Shown here one piece after another: positions 60,982-64,000 of a stretch of 64,000 nt of DNA. The position numbers and the translations under genes were made by a program. Numbering within the stretch: position 1 is the first letter of the stretch; each line of letters begins with the position of its first letter. Source of the stretch: a virus (lineage: Duplodnaviria; Caudoviricetes); IMG/VR virus record IMGVR_UViG_3300037424_002164, positions 1-64,000 of that record; one strand, 5' to 3'. Below the pieces are notes generated by a model. The model searched no databases, had not been told where the DNA came from, and worked only from the letters and a program-made list of their open reading frames with translations.

Positions 60982-61077
60982 GGGCGTGGGAAAAGAAGAT
61001 AGAACAAAAGGGGCCGCAGACCCTGACGTTTTACTAACGTGTTTTTGACGCCCTGCGGAGGCGCACTACCCGAGACC

Positions 61078-62493
61078 TTAGATCGGCTCGGCCTGGATCT
61101 TGCCGTTTACGACGCTCTTGACCCGGTAGAGTTTGCCGCCGGGTCCACGGACGGTCTGCCCCTCGGCGTAGGTCACGCCTTTGACCGTCCATTTCTTGGC
61201 GGTTTTCGGTTGACCGGGCGCAGCCGGAGCGGAGGGTGCGGGTTTCGCCGGCGGTTGTGAAGCCGGCTGTCCGTTCGTGGGTTTCGCGGTGGCTGGCATC
61301 GCAGCCGCCGGAGGAATCACTGGCTGGGGCGGCGCACCCTCACTTACCTTCGAGAGCGGAACGCCCTGGGGCGCAGAGAACTCCCCGACCTTGGCCTTTT
61401 CCCGGATCTTCTTCTGGGCGGCCTGGAGGTCGGCAACCTGCTTCGTTGTTTCGTCTAGCTGCTGCTGGAACACGCGCTGCAACTCGGGGGTGGCGATGTA
61501 TTCCTTGACCTCTTTGCCTTCCGGGTCGAGGGCATTGAAGCTCCTGGCTTCCTTGCCTTTCGCCTCGGCGTTCAGCTTCATCAGGCGCCCGAGGCGTTCC
61601 CGCTTGCGATGCAACTCCTGTTCTTTTCCCTGGAGCCCGTCGTGCTCCTTCATCGCGTCGTCGAGTTCCTTCTTGCCGGCCTGTGACTTCGTCCAGTCGA
61701 AGCGCTCGCCGGCAAGCGTACCCTCTCCTCCCGCCTTCGACTTCTTGATGGGCTGCCCGGAGGGAGTTTTGGCCTCCACGGAGGTTCCGGTGGCCGGGCT
61801 TACCAGGTACGTGCCCTCCTCGGTGGACATCTCGAAGGGCCTTCCGCCCCGCACTTCCTCGTCGGACTTCGCCTTTACGCCGGGCATTTCGGCTTGGTGC
61901 TTCTCGGTCTTCTGCGAGCTTTCCAGGTCCTTGATGCCCGCTTCGTGGATCTGCACCGCTGTCATGGCCTGCTTCGCAATCTGTCCGATGGCAGCCTGTG
62001 TCTGCTCGTTCCAGCCCTTCGCGCGCCATTGCTCGGCCTGCTCGGGGGTGATGAGCTGTTTCTGGACAGCGCTGTCGATGCCACGCAAGTATGAGGGCTC
62101 GTCGGTGACCGAGGCGGCGATCGAACCCAGTAGCTCCGCTTTCGCCTTCGCATTCTCGATTCCAGCCTTGCCCAGCGCCAGATTCTCTTTGCGCGAATCA
62201 TCCACGGTCTTGATGATGGCCAGTTGCCGTTTCTGCGACACCTTGCCGGCCACCTTTTCGGGGAGTTTGTACAGGTCACCCTTTACTTCTTCGAACGCCT
62301 GGCGCACAACTTCGTCGTCGGCCTCGTCCTGCTTGCGCTCGCGCAGCTTCTGCTCGTGCTCCTGGAACTGGATCTCGTTCAGCTTGTTCCGGTCGAGCAG
62401 GGCCTTGAAGGACACCGCCCGGCCATAGGCCTCCATGGGGTCTGGGACCTGGATCGGACGCACTTGCAGGGGAATACTGGGATCAATGGGCAT
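61078..62493 (-). CDS. Internal virion/DNA-ejection protein
   Basis: MPIDPSIPLQVRPIQVPDPM start, coiled coils, position upstream of the giant ejection protein. Confidence 0.75.
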   Translation of the reverse strand: MPIDPSIPLQVRPIQVPDPMEAYGRAVSFKALLDRNKLNEIQFQEHEQKLRERKQDEADDEVVRQAFEEVKGDLYKLPEKVAGKVSQKRQLAIIKTVDDSRKENLALGKAGIENAKAKAELLGSIAASVTDEPSYLRGIDSAVQKQLITPEQAEQWRAKGWNEQTQAAIGQIAKQAMTAVQIHEAGIKDLESSQKTEKHQAEMPGVKAKSDEEVRGGRPFEMSTEEGTYLVSPATGTSVEAKTPSGQPIKKSKAGGEGTLAGERFDWTKSQAGKKELDDAMKEHDGLQGKEQELHRKRERLGRLMKLNAEAKGKEARSFNALDPEGKEVKEYIATPELQRVFQQQLDETTKQVADLQAAQKKIREKAKVGEFSAPQGVPLSKVSEGAPPQPVIPPAAAMPATAKPTNGQPASQPPAKPAPSAPAAPGQPKTAKKWTVKGVTYAEGQTVRGPGGKLYRVKSVVNGKIQAEPI

Positions 62494-62537
62494 TTTGATT
62501 ACACCTCGTCAGAGCGCTTTCAGTTATGGTGTGAAGT

Positions 62538-62789
62538 ATGGAGCGGCTCGTCGATTACCAGGGCAATCCCGTCGTCCGTGACGGCCCCTGCCCGGAATGC
62601 GGGGGAAACTGCGCTCCTGAGTGCGGGATGCATCCGGCGGGCTGCACTTTTGGGGGGTTCTCCTGCGGATATTGGCTTGCAACCGACGACTGTCCGCTCG
62701 ATCACCCGAACATTCACTGCCACGGTCCCGGCGATCCTTGTCCGCTCGATGATACGTCGGCCTTCTGGAGGGGAACAAAGCCTCAGTAG
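62538..62789 (+). CDS. Cys/His-rich small protein, antisense within the structural operon
   Basis: CPECGGNCAPECGMHPAGC..CGYW..CPLDH..HCH..C; fills the gap where no good minus-strand ORF exists. Confidence 0.45.
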   Translation: MERLVDYQGNPVVRDGPCPECGGNCAPECGMHPAGCTFGGFSCGYWLATDDCPLDHPNIHCHGPGDPCPLDDTSAFWRGTKPQ

Positions 62790-63985
62790 ATGTACGCCGC
62801 CGGCCCCACATCTGCCGCAAACGTCGTCGGCGCCGTCAGGCTCGGCATGGTCCCGAACGATCCCGCCGTCGAGTTGGTGAGCACGTCGATAAAAGTGCTC
62901 GCGGCCACGGTACGCAACCGGTCGGTGGTTCCATTGAGCTGGCCGCAGACCCAGTAGCGCGCCGGCCCCACGGCAGCGTAGGTGGCGGTGAACGCGATTT
63001 CCTGGAAGGCGTTCGCCCCGGAAGTAGTGGTTCCGGCCAGGGCGCTGTTTGCCAGCACGGACCCGCCGGCGGATCCGTACAGCGCGACGATCCACTTGTC
63101 TGTCCCAACCGTCCCGCCGTTCAACACCCCAATCCCGGTGAGCGTCATGTTGCGCGGCAGGAACGCCTCCGCGCAGTAGAGCGTTCCGGCGACCGGCGTG
63201 GTGCTGGTTCCGAAGGAAGCGTAGGCTACGCTCCCGATGGAAACCGTGGAATACCTGCTCCGTCCGGTGTGGAAGACCCCGGAGGTTGGGGTGACGACGC
63301 CGGCGGCCGAGACGCTGGCGACAACCGACCCGCCGCTGTTCTTCCATTCCTGGAGATTGGCGGTTTGCGCAGCCGCGCCCTGAACCGTAGCCGGTACGAC
63401 ACCGGCGGAGGTGGCCCGGTGCGTGGCCTCGTAGCTTCCCATCAGCCCGGCCGCGGTGACGTAGAACTTGGCACCGGCCACGTCCAGCGTGTTGGTGCAC
63501 GTGTTGGTCAGCAGGCAGAGCCTGTCGTTCGAGTCGTCCCAGAAGAACTTGGCGTTATCCTGGGCATAGACCCCACTTGTGGTCGCGAACGCAACGGAAC
63601 CCGGCGTGAAGGCGATTCTGCTGCCGGTTCCTCCTTCTGCCGGCCGTACGGGCAGCCCCTGGCCGGCGAGATATCCCCGGTAGGCCACGTTGATGGCCGG
63701 ATTCGTCCCGCCGCTCAGGACCGAAAGGTTCACGGTGATGAACGAGTACGTCGCATCCGGCAGGGTGACACTCCCGTTCAGCGTGCACGTGTTGGTCGAC
63801 GCCGTGGACCAGGTGATCGCGTCCAGGCTCGATTCGATCAACAGCGTGCAGCCGGCCGGCGCGCCCGAGACGGTCCACTCGAAAACATGGTTTGTGATGC
63901 CGAGGCCTCGGACGTCGGAGAAGATCGGAGACTGGCCGGTGGCCGTCTGGGCCCGGAACATCTGCGCGTAGATGGCGCTGGTCAC
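62783..63985 (-). CDS. Virion/tail-associated beta-rich protein (5' end probably outside window)
   Basis: Frame is open to base 64000; T/S/A/G-rich, FFWDDSNDRL and ANLQEWKNSGG motifs typical of tail/fibre proteins. Confidence 0.7.
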   Translation of the reverse strand: MTSAIYAQMFRAQTATGQSPIFSDVRGLGITNHVFEWTVSGAPAGCTLLIESSLDAITWSTASTNTCTLNGSVTLPDATYSFITVNLSVLSGGTNPAINVAYRGYLAGQGLPVRPAEGGTGSRIAFTPGSVAFATTSGVYAQDNAKFFWDDSNDRLCLLTNTCTNTLDVAGAKFYVTAAGLMGSYEATHRATSAGVVPATVQGAAAQTANLQEWKNSGGSVVASVSAAGVVTPTSGVFHTGRSRYSTVSIGSVAYASFGTSTTPVAGTLYCAEAFLPRNMTLTGIGVLNGGTVGTDKWIVALYGSAGGSVLANSALAGTTTSGANAFQEIAFTATYAAVGPARYWVCGQLNGTTDRLRTVAASTFIDVLTNSTAGSFGTMPSLTAPTTFAADVGPAAYIY

Positions 63986-64000
63986 CGCCGAGGTTTGCGC

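Noticed and set aside
676-61040. TACTAA(A)C motif upstream of scaffold (676), FliA-like (12586) and giant (61033) genes as a late promoter
   Set aside because: A 6-7-mer at about the chance-expected count; also occurs at a stop codon (17096); no shared -35 element.
1-64000. CRISPR array, DGR (reverse transcriptase plus TR/VR), retron, tRNA or rRNA genes
   Set aside because: No regularly spaced repeat-spacer series, no YxDD RT ORF, no TR/VR pair with A-specific mismatches, and no cloverleaf recognised by eye; tRNAscan/Infernal would be needed to exclude them formally.

Overview
GC-rich phage DNA with a P22-like (podovirus-type) packaging module. The host is probably Acidobacteriota, inferred from the acidobacterial-style stand-alone Clp D2 ATPase, the NusG paralog and the secreted proteins. 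There are five blocks. (1) Minus-strand late/packaging operon 12549->1: FliA-like sigma, NusG paralog, secreted beta-propeller, TerS, TerL, Clp D2 ATPase, ECF sigma, P22-type portal, scaffold (truncated). (2) Plus-strand replication/accessory operon 13201->28631: initiator with DnaA-N-like domain, HNH, two Acb2/Tad1-like proteins, N4-C methyltransferase, DUF4326, DUF5131. (3) Minus-strand recombination block 34664->28982: ASCH, HNH-like, Cas4/RecB-like nuclease, serine resolvase. (4) Plus-strand control/accessory blocks 34789->43448: two small basic regulators, secreted morons, HerA-like ATPase, RyR domain, Tat-signal paralogs. (5) Minus-strand virion/lysis operon 64000->43445: virion proteins, a 5551-aa polyvalent SLT/2H/DarB-type MTase-SNF2 ejection protein, GH24 lysozyme, C39-like peptidase. 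No integrase, cI-type repressor, major capsid gene, tRNA, CRISPR array or reverse transcriptase was recognised. The main second-look items are two RBS-bearing genes overprinted in the +1 frame of the giant gene, an Acb1-like domain inside it, accessory genes repeatedly flanked by direct repeats of translation starts, twin leaderless promoters driving non-HTH basic proteins where cI/Cro would be expected, a CTGAACT-NN-AGTTCAG palindrome family, and a secreted protein ending in a scaffold-like domain. All family calls come from motif recognition by eye; no database search was run.
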